A stretch of 64,000 bases of DNA, taken from contig JAGLUP010000003.1 in the NCBI GenBank assembly GCA_023134715.1, forward strand, positions 2,019 through 66,018, in the 5' to 3' direction. The notes beneath the pieces were generated by a model that worked only from the letters and a program-made list of their open reading frames with translations, was not told the origin of the DNA and ran no database searches. The stretch's first letter is position 1. Every line of letters begins with the position of its first letter. This document shows positions 51,893 through 62,302 of the stretch, piece after piece. The stretch is from Candidatus Parcubacteria bacterium. Lineage in GTDB: Bacteria; Patescibacteriota; Minisyncoccia; Minisyncoccales; JAGLUP01. Both the position numbers and the translations under genes were made by a program.

Positions 51893-52537
51893 ATGTCAAA
51901 AAAGAAAGATTCTACAAAACCAAAAGGCGCTACGAGTTTTAAAGAAACTAAATTTGGAATTATTCCTCGTTCTAAATTAGTGAAATTAGAAGCTGATGGA
52001 GTAGGAAGAGGTTTAAAGTTTATAAAAGTTCAGGCAAAACAAGATTTTTTAATTTCTCCTGAATTGATTTTACTTATTCATAAAAAATCTTTTGCATGGA
52101 TTTTTCCCAAATGGTCTGGAAAATTTAGAAAAATTGAGGTAGAAGTTTCTGGCTATCAGCCGCCAGATTTTTACAAAGTGCCAGTTTTAATAAAACAATT
52201 TTGTGATGATTTAAACAAACGTTTAAAACATATTCCTCCCAAAACAACAGTAGATAAATATCTTGAAGAAGTTGTAAGTTTGACCGCTTGGGCACAGCAT
52301 CGTTTTGTCTGGATTCATCCTTTTAACGATTATAACGGCAGAGCAGCTCGGCTTTTAACCAATCTTATTTTTCTAAAATTGGGACTTCCGCTTTTAGAAA
52401 TTAAGGTTGAAACCAGAAAAGACAGAAACCAGTATATTAAAGCAATGCAGCTTGCTGATAAACATGACTATTTATTATTAGAGGAGATTATATCATCAGC
52501 GTTGCAAGAAGCGCTAAAGAAAGGTCTTTTGGAGTAA
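51893..52537 (+). CDS. fic: Fic-domain protein (putative AMPylating toxin)
   Basis: 214 aa. HPFNDYNGRAAR, near-canonical HxFx(D/E)GNGRxxR with Tyr in place of the first Gly. Confidence 0.8.
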   Translation: MSKKKDSTKPKGATSFKETKFGIIPRSKLVKLEADGVGRGLKFIKVQAKQDFLISPELILLIHKKSFAWIFPKWSGKFRKIEVEVSGYQPPDFYKVPVLIKQFCDDLNKRLKHIPPKTTVDKYLEEVVSLTAWAQHRFVWIHPFNDYNGRAARLLTNLIFLKLGLPLLEIKVETRKDRNQYIKAMQLADKHDYLLLEEIISSALQEALKKGLLE

Positions 52538-52556
52538 AATAAATTAAATAGATATT

Positions 52557-53492
52557 ATGAAGAAAAATGTAAAAATTAAAGTAATAGGAGTGGGCGGTTC
52601 TGGCTGTAACGCCATAACCCGGATGATGAAATGCCATATTCAAGGCGTTGATTTAATTGCCTTAAATACTGACGCTCAAGACCTTAAAAATACCAATGCT
52701 CATCAAAAGCTTCAAATCGGAAAAGAATCAACAAAGGGATTGGGAGCGGGAATGAATCCAGAAATCGGCAAACAAGCTGCTGAAGAGCAAAAACAAGAAA
52801 TTCAAGACATATTAAAAGATTCAGATATGGTGTTTATTGCCTATGGAGCAGGCGGGGGCACTGGCACGGGAGCAGGGCCGGTTGTGGCTGATATTGCTAA
52901 AAAATTGGGAATTTTGACCATTGCCGTGGTTACCAAACCGTTTTCCTTTGAGGGCGCTTATCGAATGAAAGCCGCTGAGAAAGGAATAGATGATTTGAAA
53001 AGCAAGGTTGACACTTTATTGGTCATTCCAAATAATAAGTTGCTTAAGTTAATTAATGAAGAAACATCTCTTTTGCAGAGTTTTTGGATTTGTGATGAGG
53101 TCTTAAGGCAGGCGGTTCAAGGAATTTCTGACTTGATTGTTTTGCCGGGCATTATTAATGTTGATTTTGCTGACCTTAAGGCGATTATGAGAAATTCTGG
53201 ACAGGCATTATTCGGAATGGGTAAGTCAAAAGGCGAGAAAAGAGCTGTAGAAGCAGCTGTAAAAGCAATCAGCTCTCCGTTGGTTGATTTTTCTATTGAA
53301 GGAGCAAAAGGAGTTCTATTTAATGTAAGCGGCGGAGCAGATCTTTCTTTGACAGAAGTAGATGAAATAGCAAAATTGATTACTCAACGCATTCATTCAA
53401 AAGCCAAAGTAATTTTTGGAGCGGTTCAAGACAGAAGATTAGGAAAAGGAGAGATAAGAGTAACAGTCATCGCGACAGGGTTCGTCCAGTAG
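52557..53492 (+). CDS. ftsZ: cell division protein FtsZ (short, without long C-terminal tail)
   Basis: 311 aa. [22 protein letters not shown] tubulin signature, NTDAQ. Confidence 0.95.
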   Translation: MKKNVKIKVIGVGGSGCNAITRMMKCHIQGVDLIALNTDAQDLKNTNAHQKLQIGKESTKGLGAGMNPEIGKQAAEEQKQEIQDILKDSDMVFIAYGAGGGTGTGAGPVVADIAKKLGILTIAVVTKPFSFEGAYRMKAAEKGIDDLKSKVDTLLVIPNNKLLKLINEETSLLQSFWICDEVLRQAVQGISDLIVLPGIINVDFADLKAIMRNSGQALFGMGKSKGEKRAVEAAVKAISSPLVDFSIEGAKGVLFNVSGGADLSLTEVDEIAKLITQRIHSKAKVIFGAVQDRRLGKGEIRVTVIATGFVQ

Positions 53493-53584
53493 TGGAAATT
53501 TTTAATTATCCACAGTTTTGTTAAATTTGACCGCGCTTGACCAAAGAGGTAAACTATAATTACCTCTTTAATTTTTATTTCATT

Positions 53585-55696
53585 ATGATAAATAAAATTA
53601 CAAACAAAATTACAAAAGTAATAAAAAGAGACGGTTTAATAGCTGATTTTAAACAGGAAAAAATTGCAGATGCGATTTTAAAAGCGCTCACCGCTTCTAA
53701 GCAAGGCAACGGGAAAACATCAAAAGATCTTGCTGCAAAGGTAGTTGAAATTTTAAATAGAAGATTCAGAAAAAAAGAAATTCCAGATGTTGAGCAAATT
53801 CAAGACATTATTGAAGAAGTTTTAATTTTAGAGAATTTAGTAGAAACATCCAAGGCGTATATTTTATATAGAGAGCAAAGAAGGAAAATCAGGGAAACGA
53901 CAGGAACTTTAGATGAAACAGTTGAAATGGTGGACAAATATATTGGCGAACTTGACTGGGAGGTTAAAGAAAATGCCAATATGGCTTATTCTTTGCAGGG
54001 CTTGAATCATTACTGCACTTCAGCTATTACTAAAAAATATTGGTTAAATAAAGTTTATCCAAAAGAAATAAGAGAAGCGGTTGAAGACGGTGATTTTCAT
54101 TTGCATAATTTAGACAGCTTAAGCACTTACTGTTGCGGATGGGATTTATACGACCTTTTATTAAAAGGATTTGGAGGCGTTAAAGGAAAAGTAGAGTCAA
54201 AACCAGCAAAGCATTTTGGAACAGCTTTAGGCCAATTAGTTAATTTTTTCTATACGCTTCAGGGCGAGTCCGCTGGCGCTCAAGCTGTTTCCTCTTTTGA
54301 CACTTTGCTTGCTCCTTTTATAAGATACGATAATTTAAATTATCATCAGGTAAAGCAAGCAATTCAGGAATTTTTATTTAATTGCGCTATACCTACCAGA
54401 GTAGGATTTCAAAATCCTTTTACAAATCTTACATTAGATATCACGCCATCTCCCTCTCTTGCCAAACAGCCGATTATTATTGGCGGTATGCCGCAAAAAG
54501 AAATTTACGGGGAATTTCAAGATGAAATGAATATGCTTAACAAGGCGTTTTATGAGTGTATGATGGAGGGCGATGCTAAGGGCAGGCCTTTTACTTTTCC
54601 AATTCCAACCATTAATATTACTGAAGATTTCGCTTGGGACGAACCGACATTAGAACCAATGTGGGAAGCAACAGCGAAATACGGTGTTAATTATTTTGCT
54701 AATTTTATTCATTCGGATATGAAGCCAGAAGATGTAAGGTCAATGTGCTGTCGGCTTCGCTTGGATAATAAAGAACTTTATAAGAGAGGAGGAGGATTAT
54801 TTGGAAGCAATCCCTTGACTGGCAGCATCGGCGTAGTAACGATTGATATGCCTCGTATTGCTTATTTGTCCAAAACCAAAAAAGAATTTTTCCAGCGATT
54901 AGTAAAAATTATGGATTTAGCAAAAGAGAGTTTAGAAATAAAAAGGAAAGCGTTGGAAAACTTTATGGAAAAAGGGCTTTATCCTTACTCTAAATATTAT
55001 TTATCAGGGATTAAAAAAATGAGAGGAGATTATTGGGGCAACCATTTTTCAACTATTGGGCTTGTTGGGCTGAATGAGTGTTTGCTTAATTTCATCGGAG
55101 AAGACATTGGCTCTAAAAAAGGAAGAAAGTTTGGGCTTGAAATTTTAGATTTTATGCGCGATGTATTGGCAAAATATCAAAAAGAAACTGACAATCTTTA
55201 TAATTTAGAAGCAACGCCGGCTGAGGCGACCGCTTATCGTTTGGCGAAAAAAGATAGAGAAAAATATCCAGATATTATTACCGCTGGCACAAAAAAAGAG
55301 CCATATTATACAAATTCAAGCCAGCTTCCGGTTAATTATACTGAAGATCTTTTTGAGGCATTAGAACTCCAAGACGAAATTCAGTGTAAATATACTGGCG
55401 GTACCACTTTGCATCTCTTTTTAGGAGAAAAGATTTCTGATGTTCGGACTGTTAAAAATTTAATAAAGAAAATTTTTGAAAAGTTTCATTTGCCTTATAT
55501 TACGCTTACTCCTACTTTTTCAATTTGCCCTGTCCACGGTTATATTTCAGGAGAACATTTTAATTGTCCAAGATGCGCCATAAAACAGCCATGCGAGGTT
55601 TATTCTCGGGTAGTGGGATATCTTAGGCCTGTTAATCAGTGGAATGAAGGTAAGCAAGTTGAATATCACGAAAGAAAAACATTTAAAGTCAAATGA
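53585..55696 (+). CDS. nrdD: anaerobic ribonucleoside-triphosphate reductase with ATP-cone
   Basis: Start moved to ATG MINKITNK. ATP-cone (VIKRDGLIADF), CCRLRLD, C-terminal CPVHG...CPRC and RVVGYLRP glycyl-radical context. Confidence 0.9.
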   Translation: MINKITNKITKVIKRDGLIADFKQEKIADAILKALTASKQGNGKTSKDLAAKVVEILNRRFRKKEIPDVEQIQDIIEEVLILENLVETSKAYILYREQRRKIRETTGTLDETVEMVDKYIGELDWEVKENANMAYSLQGLNHYCTSAITKKYWLNKVYPKEIREAVEDGDFHLHNLDSLSTYCCGWDLYDLLLKGFGGVKGKVESKPAKHFGTALGQLVNFFYTLQGESAGAQAVSSFDTLLAPFIRYDNLNYHQVKQAIQEFLFNCAIPTRVGFQNPFTNLTLDITPSPSLAKQPIIIGGMPQKEIYGEFQDEMNMLNKAFYECMMEGDAKGRPFTFPIPTINITEDFAWDEPTLEPMWEATAKYGVNYFANFIHSDMKPEDVRSMCCRLRLDNKELYKRGGGLFGSNPLTGSIGVVTIDMPRIAYLSKTKKEFFQRLVKIMDLAKESLEIKRKALENFMEKGLYPYSKYYLSGIKKMRGDYWGNHFSTIGLVGLNECLLNFIGEDIGSKKGRKFGLEILDFMRDVLAKYQKETDNLYNLEATPAEATAYRLAKKDREKYPDIITAGTKKEPYYTNSSQLPVNYTEDLFEALELQDEIQCKYTGGTTLHLFLGEKISDVRTVKNLIKKIFEKFHLPYITLTPTFSICPVHGYISGEHFNCPRCAIKQPCEVYSRVVGYLRPVNQWNEGKQVEYHERKTFKVK

Positions 55697-56394
55697 TTTT
55701 AGGCGGTTTTCAAAAAACTACTCTAATTGATTATCCGGGCAAAATAGCTTGCACGGTTTTTTTAACTGGCTGCAATTTTCGCTGTCCTTTTTGTTATTCA
55801 ATTGAGCTTGTTTTGCCGGAGAAAATAAAAGACCAGCCAAAAATTGCAGAAGATATTTTTTTTGATTTTTTAAAACAGCGAAAAGAATTATTAGATGGTG
55901 TGGTTTTATGCGGAGGAGAGCCGACAATTCATAAAGATTTGCCGCAATTTTGTAAAAAAATTAAAAAATTAGGATATTTAATAAAACTTGATACTAACGG
56001 CTCTAATCCAGAAATGCTATCAGAATTAATTGATAAAAAATTAATTAACTATGTAGCGATGGATATAAAAGCTCCGCTTAAAAATAAATATGAAAAGATG
56101 GCTGGAGTAAAAGTTAATATGGAAGATATAAATAAAAGCGTTGATATTTTACGGCAGGGGAAAATTGATTTTGAATTTAGAACAACAGTTGCCCCTGGTC
56201 TTGAAAAACAAGATATTTTAGAAATTGCCGATTGGATAGGGGGGGAAAAGGTAAAATATTTTCTTCAAGAATTTAATACTCAAAAACAAGTTTTAAATCC
56301 AGAAATTTTAAAACTTCCAATTCTAAAAAAAGAAGAGATTGAAAAAATAATTGCCGAAATAAAACCCAAATTCCAAACCTGCCAGCTAAGATAA
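55693..56394 (+). CDS. nrdG: anaerobic RNR activating protein (radical SAM)
   Basis: 233 aa. GCNFRCPFCY radical-SAM cluster motif. Overlaps the nrdD stop. Confidence 0.85.
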   Translation: MILGGFQKTTLIDYPGKIACTVFLTGCNFRCPFCYSIELVLPEKIKDQPKIAEDIFFDFLKQRKELLDGVVLCGGEPTIHKDLPQFCKKIKKLGYLIKLDTNGSNPEMLSELIDKKLINYVAMDIKAPLKNKYEKMAGVKVNMEDINKSVDILRQGKIDFEFRTTVAPGLEKQDILEIADWIGGEKVKYFLQEFNTQKQVLNPEILKLPILKKEEIEKIIAEIKPKFQTCQLR

Positions 56395-56461
56395 ATGTTT
56401 AATCCACGGGATTAAACATTTTTTTGTTTTATAAATTTTAGAGATTGGTTATAATAGAATA

Positions 56462-57940
56462 ATGACAGTTTCTAAAATTTTTTTGTATTTTTGTTTGTCT
56501 TTTATTTTAGGAATTTTTGTAAATTCCTTTTTTAATATCTCTTTAATCTTAACGCTCATTGTTTTAATTTTGGGAATTTTATTGATTTCAGTTTTTTGGC
56601 GTCGTAAAGATATAGTAGTTATTGGTTTTTGTTTAATTTTTCTAGTTCTGGGAATTTCGCGGCACCAAATGGTTGAACCATCAGTAGTAGATTATCAAGA
56701 ACAAAAAGTTATTTTAACAGGAGTAGTTATAAAAGAGCCAGACATTAGAGAGGATAATATTAAATTAACAATAAGCAGTAAACAAATAGACGGGAAGGTT
56801 TTGGTGACCGTGGAGCGGTATCCAGAATATCAATATGGAGATGAGCTAAAAATTACCGGGAGATTAAAACCGCCAGCAGAGTTTCCAGATTTTAATTATA
56901 AAGATTATTTGGCTAAAGATGGAATTTATTCAGTAATGTATAAGCCAAAAATTGAGTTGATAAATAGAAAAAATTACCGAGGACAGGCCTCGGTAATTTA
57001 TGGGAAGATTTTGGGTTTTAAGGATAAGTTAAGAAAAAATATTGAACAAAATTTTTCTCCGCCGCAATCTTCAATTTTAGGAGCTATAATTTTAGGAGAT
57101 AAACGCCAAATTTCTCAGCAATGGCAGGAAAAGCTTAATATCGCGGGCGTAAGGCATATTACTTGCGTATCTGGAATGCACATTGTTATTCTTTCCGGGA
57201 TTTTAATGTGGCTGGGAATTAGATTAGGTTTATACCGAGGGCAGGCGTTTTATTTTGCTCTAATTTTAATTTTTCTTTTTATCATTATGATAGGCGCTCC
57301 AGCTTCAGCGATTAGAGCCGGCATTATGGGCGGGCTTTTTCTTTTAGGCCAGAAATTAGGGCGGCTTTCAACCTCTTCCAGGGCTATAGTTTTTGCTGGC
57401 GCTATAATGCTATTTCATAACCCTTTGCTTTTAAAATCAGATGTTGGGTTTCAACTTTCTTTTTTAGCGGTTTTGGGGATAATTTATTTAATGCCTGTTT
57501 TCCAAAAGTTGCTTGCCCGCCTAAATTTTTCTTCAGAAAATTTTGGCGGGTTAAGAGATATTATTTCTATGACAATAGCCGCGCAGATTTTTACCCTGCC
57601 TCTTCTGATTTTTAACTTTGGATATATATCTTTAGTTTCATTGATTGCTAATGTTTTAATTGTTCCGATTGTTTCTTTTATTATGATTTCTGGGTTTATT
57701 TTTGTTATTTCAGGAATAATTTATCAGCCCCTTGCCTGGATTTTAGCTTTGCCTTGCTGGATGTTATTAACTTATCTAATAAAAATAGTAGATTTTCTTT
57801 CGCAGATTCCTTTTGCTACTTTGAGCTTAGAAGTTTCTTGGATTTGGCTAATAATTTTTTATTTAATTTTGGCTTATACAACACGGCAATTAACTAAAAA
57901 AGATAAATATGATATTATGGGTCAATGGCAAGAATATTAA
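56462..57940 (+). CDS. comEC: ComEC/Rec2-family DNA uptake channel (no metallo-beta-lactamase domain)
   Basis: 492 aa polytopic protein. DUF4131-like OB region followed by a competence-domain pattern (AGVRHITCVSGMHI). Confidence 0.8.
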   Translation: MTVSKIFLYFCLSFILGIFVNSFFNISLILTLIVLILGILLISVFWRRKDIVVIGFCLIFLVLGISRHQMVEPSVVDYQEQKVILTGVVIKEPDIREDNIKLTISSKQIDGKVLVTVERYPEYQYGDELKITGRLKPPAEFPDFNYKDYLAKDGIYSVMYKPKIELINRKNYRGQASVIYGKILGFKDKLRKNIEQNFSPPQSSILGAIILGDKRQISQQWQEKLNIAGVRHITCVSGMHIVILSGILMWLGIRLGLYRGQAFYFALILIFLFIIMIGAPASAIRAGIMGGLFLLGQKLGRLSTSSRAIVFAGAIMLFHNPLLLKSDVGFQLSFLAVLGIIYLMPVFQKLLARLNFSSENFGGLRDIISMTIAAQIFTLPLLIFNFGYISLVSLIANVLIVPIVSFIMISGFIFVISGIIYQPLAWILALPCWMLLTYLIKIVDFLSQIPFATLSLEVSWIWLIIFYLILAYTTRQLTKKDKYDIMGQWQEY

Positions 57941-59112
57941 AATTTCCAAACGGTTTTTTATGGGGAAGCGCTACCTCCAGTCATCAGGTTGAAGGAAATA
58001 ATATTCACAATGATTGGTGGGAGGCCGAACAAACTGGAAAATTAAAATATAAATCCGGTAAGACCTGCGAGCATTATAATCGCTATGAGCAGGATTTTGA
58101 CTTAATAAAAAAGCTAAATCAAAATGCTCACCGTTTTTCTATTGAATGGTCGAGGATTGAACCAAAAGAGGGAGAGTTTAATCAGAAAGAAATTGAACAT
58201 TATAGAAAAGTGCTTTTAGCTTTGAAGAAAAGAGATATTAAAATAATGCTTACTTTGCATCATTTTGCTACTCCTTTATGGCTGGCAAAAAAAGGCGGCT
58301 GGGCAAACCCAAAAGTTATTTTTTATTTTTCCCGATTCGCTGAAAAAGTTTTTAAAGAATATCAGGATTTAGTTGATTTCTGGGTTACTATTAATGAGCC
58401 ATTTTTAGTTTATGCTATTTATAGTTATTTATTAGGCATTTTCCCGCCTCAAAAGAGAAATCCTATTTTATTTTTAAAAGTGGCTAAAAATCAAATAGCT
58501 GTTCATAAAAAAATTTATAATGTTTTTCACAAATTAAATTCAGACGTAAAGGTTGGAATAGCTAAACATAATAGTTGCGTTGAACCGTATTTTTCTAAAT
58601 TTCCATTAGATAAATTAAGCGCAAAATTGGCTCGGTATTTTGGGAATGAATATTTTTTGAATAGAATTAAAAATCATCAGGATTTTATTGGTCTAAATTA
58701 TTATTTTCATAATAAAATTTTATTTCCATTTTTCACAAAAAACGAAAATAAAATAGTCAGCAATCTTAATTGGGAGATTTATCCAAAAGGAATTTATTAT
58801 GTTTTAAAAGAGCTTAAGAAATATAAAAAACCGATTTATATTACTGAAAATGGTTTGGCTGATTCCAAAGATAGATTAAGAGAGGATTTCATAAAAGACC
58901 ATCTTTTTTGGCTTCATAAGGCAATTGAACAAGGAGTAGACGTGCGGGGTTATTTTCACTGGTCTTTAATGGATAATTTTGAATGGGCAGAGGGCTTTAG
59001 TCCGAGATTTGGCTTAATTGAAGTTGATTATAAAAGCATGAAAAGAACAATAAGACCAAGCGCATTGGAATATGCTAAGATTTGTAAAGAAAATCAATTA
59101 TGTTGTGGATAA
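57925..59112 (+). CDS. glycoside hydrolase family 1 (beta-glucosidase-like)
   Basis: 395 aa. FPNGFLWGSATSSHQVEG, TINEPF, YITENG, FHWSLMDNFEW. Confidence 0.85.
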   Translation: MARILKFPNGFLWGSATSSHQVEGNNIHNDWWEAEQTGKLKYKSGKTCEHYNRYEQDFDLIKKLNQNAHRFSIEWSRIEPKEGEFNQKEIEHYRKVLLALKKRDIKIMLTLHHFATPLWLAKKGGWANPKVIFYFSRFAEKVFKEYQDLVDFWVTINEPFLVYAIYSYLLGIFPPQKRNPILFLKVAKNQIAVHKKIYNVFHKLNSDVKVGIAKHNSCVEPYFSKFPLDKLSAKLARYFGNEYFLNRIKNHQDFIGLNYYFHNKILFPFFTKNENKIVSNLNWEIYPKGIYYVLKELKKYKKPIYITENGLADSKDRLREDFIKDHLFWLHKAIEQGVDVRGYFHWSLMDNFEWAEGFSPRFGLIEVDYKSMKRTIRPSALEYAKICKENQLCCG

Positions 59113-60005
59113 TAATTGCAATCATTTCTTATCTTCTTTTCGCAGTTGTTGCTTTAGTTGATAAATATCTTTTAAGAGGACCTATTCCCGGTCCCCATAT
59201 TTATTCATTTTATGTGGGCATATTTGGAATTTTTACTTTGGCTCTTATCCCTTTCGGATTTTTATCAGTTCCTGGGTTTGAACAAATAGTTTTAGCTCTT
59301 TTTGCCGGAGCTGTTTCTATTTTTGCGCTTTTTGTTTTTTACAGCGCTTTACAGCGCTTTGAAGTTTCGCGGGTGGTTCCGGCTATTGGCGGGATTTTAC
59401 CTTTATTTACTTTAGTTTTAGTTTTTATCTTTTCTCGCGGTAAAGAGGCTTTGGGGTTTTTTGAAATTTTAGCTTTTATTTTTTTAATTTCAGGAACTGT
59501 TTTAATCACTTTAAAAAAAGAAAAATCAATTACTTTAAAAAGCATTCAACTTTCGGTTTTAGCGGCTTTTTTGTTTTCTTTAACATTTGTTTTGTCTAAG
59601 TTTGTTTATATTTCTCAGCCATTTTGGTCTGGTTTTATTTGGATGAGAATAGGCGGTCTTCTGGCTGGTGTTTGTTTTCTTTTTACAAAACAAGTGAGAA
59701 TAGAGCTCTTTACAAAAAAGACCAGTTTTAAACAAAAAACAGCTAAGATTTTTTTAGGTAATCAGGTTTTAGGAGGAAGCGCTTTTATTTTGCAAAATTG
59801 GGCGATTGCATTAGTGCCTTTAGGTTTTTTAGCTTTTGTTAATGCTTTAGAAGGAATTAAATATGTATTTTTATTAATTTTTATCATTTTTCTATCTTCT
59901 ATGTTTCCTCAAGTTTTAAAAGAAGAAATTTCCAGAAAAATTATTTTTCAAAAACTTTTGGCTATTTTATTAATTATAATAGGACTTATTCTTTTAGCTT
60001 TTTAA
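59100..60005 (+). CDS. polytopic membrane protein, EamA/DMT-like
   Basis: 301 aa, about 10 predicted TM helices in two halves. Family call is tentative. Confidence 0.45.
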   Translation: MLWIIIAIISYLLFAVVALVDKYLLRGPIPGPHIYSFYVGIFGIFTLALIPFGFLSVPGFEQIVLALFAGAVSIFALFVFYSALQRFEVSRVVPAIGGILPLFTLVLVFIFSRGKEALGFFEILAFIFLISGTVLITLKKEKSITLKSIQLSVLAAFLFSLTFVLSKFVYISQPFWSGFIWMRIGGLLAGVCFLFTKQVRIELFTKKTSFKQKTAKIFLGNQVLGGSAFILQNWAIALVPLGFLAFVNALEGIKYVFLLIFIIFLSSMFPQVLKEEISRKIIFQKLLAILLIIIGLILLAF

Positions 60006-60051
60006 AAACTTTTCCACATGTAAATTTTTGAAAAAGTGTTAAACTAACCTA

Positions 60052-61173
60052 ATGTTTATGAAATCAAAAAAAGTTTACCCTGTAGGGAGCCAAAGGTTAT
60101 CCTTCAGGGGATTTACGTTAATAGAGCTATTAGTGGCTATTGCTATTTTAGGGCTTTTAGCTTCTATAGTTTTTGTTCATTTGAAAGGAGCTAAGGCCTC
60201 AGCCAGAGACGCTGAAAGAAAAGGAGAAGTGGATTCTATCCGTAAAGCATTAGCTTTTTACTACACAGAACATAATAAATATCCTGAATCTGAGGAATGG
60301 ATCAGCGTTGAAGAAGATGCTGATTTTTCTCAAGCATTAAGTGAGTGGCTTCCTGAAATGCCCGAAGATCCTTTCTATCCCAACCTTAAAGACGGAGATG
60401 AGAATAAACCATTTTCCTACCAATACTCTACAGGAAACACCGGAGGACATGGATACAGAATTCATGTTGAAATGGAAGGCGAGGCCTATTCTTCACATGA
60501 AGTTTCTTCTGTCGGAGGCGGAGGGATAGTTTATGGAGGAGGAGAATGGACTTGCGGAGATGTGATTAGTTATGCTGGGCAGGATTATACTACTGCTCTA
60601 ATTGGAACACAATGCTGGCTTGCTGAAAACCTGAATATCGCCACTGCCCAAGCTGACAAGGGCGATTGTTCGGGTTATGGTTCCAAATATTGCCACAGCG
60701 ACATTAGCTCTAATTGCGACACTTACGGCGGCTTATACCAATGGACAACTATGATGTGCGGGGAAGCAAGCAGTGGTTCTGAACCGAGTGGAGTCCAAGG
60801 TATTTGTCCGACCGGCTGGCATATACCAAGCGACGATGAATGGAAAACTCTGGAAATGAATCAAGGAATGTCGCAAGCAACGACTGATTCCATCTTTTGG
60901 CGAGGCGATGACGAAGGCTCTAAATTAGCAGGCAATGCCGCGTTGTGGACTGACGGAGCGTTAGATGCCCACGCGAATTTTGGAACTTCCGGCTTTACAG
61001 CATTACCCGCTGGCTATCGCAGTACTGTCGGCAGTTACTACCATCTGGGTTACTACACGAATTTCTGGTCTTCTAGTACATGGGTTCGGAGCTTGAGTTA
61101 CGGACATACGGATGTCTACCGGTATGCTTACGATAAGTTATCTGGTTGTTCTGTCCGCTGCATCAAGGATTGA
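60052..61173 (+). CDS. type IV pilin-like protein fused to a Fibrobacter-type major paralogous (FISUMP) domain
   Basis: RGFTLIELLVAIAILGLL prepilin motif. C-terminal IGTQCWLAENLN, YGGLYQW, CPTGWHIPSDDEW, GFTALPAGYR, FWSSS. Confidence 0.75.
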   Translation: MFMKSKKVYPVGSQRLSFRGFTLIELLVAIAILGLLASIVFVHLKGAKASARDAERKGEVDSIRKALAFYYTEHNKYPESEEWISVEEDADFSQALSEWLPEMPEDPFYPNLKDGDENKPFSYQYSTGNTGGHGYRIHVEMEGEAYSSHEVSSVGGGGIVYGGGEWTCGDVISYAGQDYTTALIGTQCWLAENLNIATAQADKGDCSGYGSKYCHSDISSNCDTYGGLYQWTTMMCGEASSGSEPSGVQGICPTGWHIPSDDEWKTLEMNQGMSQATTDSIFWRGDDEGSKLAGNAALWTDGALDAHANFGTSGFTALPAGYRSTVGSYYHLGYYTNFWSSSTWVRSLSYGHTDVYRYAYDKLSGCSVRCIKD

Positions 61174-61243
61174 TTCATCTTTTTTTAATTTTATCCCCGT
61201 TCTAATTTTAGGGCGGGGGTTTGTTTTATGATACAATAGAAAA

Positions 61244-62284
61244 ATGAGGAAAGCTTTCAAATATATTTTATTCGGCTTTTTGGGATTATTTTTGATTTTT
61301 GTTATTTTTATCGGGTATTTTTTTCTTGGTACTCCTCCTGAAGCGGAAAAGATTATATGGGGGGTTAATTTTTCCCAAAAACATGCTAAAGATATGGGGC
61401 TTGATTGGCAGGAGTGTTATTTATCTTTATTAGATGATTTAGGCGTAAAAAATATAAAAATACTTACGCATTGGGATTTAATTGAGCCAAAGCAAGGGGA
61501 ATACAATTTTAAGGATTTAGATTGGCAGATAAAAACAGCAGAAGAAAAAGGAGCTGACATTTTTTTAGTGCTTGGAAGAAAAACAGGCCGTTGGCCTGAA
61601 TGCCATATTCCTGAATGGGCTAAAAATTTAAGACCCGAAGAGCAGGAACAGGAAGTTTTAAAATTACTAAAAAAAATAGTTTTAAGATATAAAGATAGCG
61701 AATTTATTTCTAGATGGCAGGTGGAAAATGAACCATTTTTTGTTTTTGGCGAGTGTCCAGAAATTAAAGAAAAATTTGTAAAAAAAGAAATTAATTTAGT
61801 GAAATCGCTTGATTCTTCTCGGCAAATAATAATTTCTGACAGCGGAGAATTTTCACTTTGGATTAGGGCGGCTCGTTTAGGAGATATGGTCGGCACTACT
61901 ATGTATCTAAAAACCTGGTTCACCCCCGCTTTTTTAAATAAATGGCAGAGATTTAAACATGTTGGCAGATATTCTTCCAGTCCTTTGCCTCCTGCTTTTT
62001 ATTGGAGGAAAGCCCAAATTATCAAAAAATTATTTAATAAAAAAATAATTTGCGTTGAATTGCAGGCAGAGCCATGGGGACCTGTTTTACTTTATGATTC
62101 GCCATTAGAAGAGCAAGAAAAATCAATGGATTTAGAGCAATTTAGAAAAAATATTGATTTTGCCAAAAAAACAGGGCTTGATGAATTTTATTTATGGGGG
62201 AGTGAATGGTGGTATTGGTTAAAAATTGAGAAAAACCAGCCAGAAATTTGGCAAGAAGCAAAATTATTATTTATAAATCAGTAG
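61244..62284 (+). CDS. membrane-anchored TIM-barrel glycoside hydrolase-like protein (GH5/GH42-like)
   Basis: 346 aa. N-terminal TM, WDLIEPKQGEYNF, WQVENEPF. Family assignment is tentative. Confidence 0.45.
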   Translation: MRKAFKYILFGFLGLFLIFVIFIGYFFLGTPPEAEKIIWGVNFSQKHAKDMGLDWQECYLSLLDDLGVKNIKILTHWDLIEPKQGEYNFKDLDWQIKTAEEKGADIFLVLGRKTGRWPECHIPEWAKNLRPEEQEQEVLKLLKKIVLRYKDSEFISRWQVENEPFFVFGECPEIKEKFVKKEINLVKSLDSSRQIIISDSGEFSLWIRAARLGDMVGTTMYLKTWFTPAFLNKWQRFKHVGRYSSSPLPPAFYWRKAQIIKKLFNKKIICVELQAEPWGPVLLYDSPLEEQEKSMDLEQFRKNIDFAKKTGLDEFYLWGSEWWYWLKIEKNQPEIWQEAKLLFINQ

Positions 62285-62302
62285 CGTGTTTAATAAAAGT
62301 TT

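Noticed and set aside
47378-52556. Integron or classical genomic island
   Set aside because: No integrase, attI/attC-like imperfect palindromes, transposase or tRNA target is present. I report the cassette pattern as an unexplained integration-like signature rather than as a known element type.
53493-53540. NrdR box upstream of nrdD
   Set aside because: Only a weak GTGGA...TCCAC inverted repeat is present. It does not match the NrdR-box consensus as I remember it.
53537-53584. TTG start of nrdD giving an extra 16 residues (MTKEVNYNYLFNFYFI)
   Set aside because: The segment overlaps a 10-bp hairpin (53543..53569) and promoter-like hexamers. The ATP-cone begins right after the ATG at 53585.
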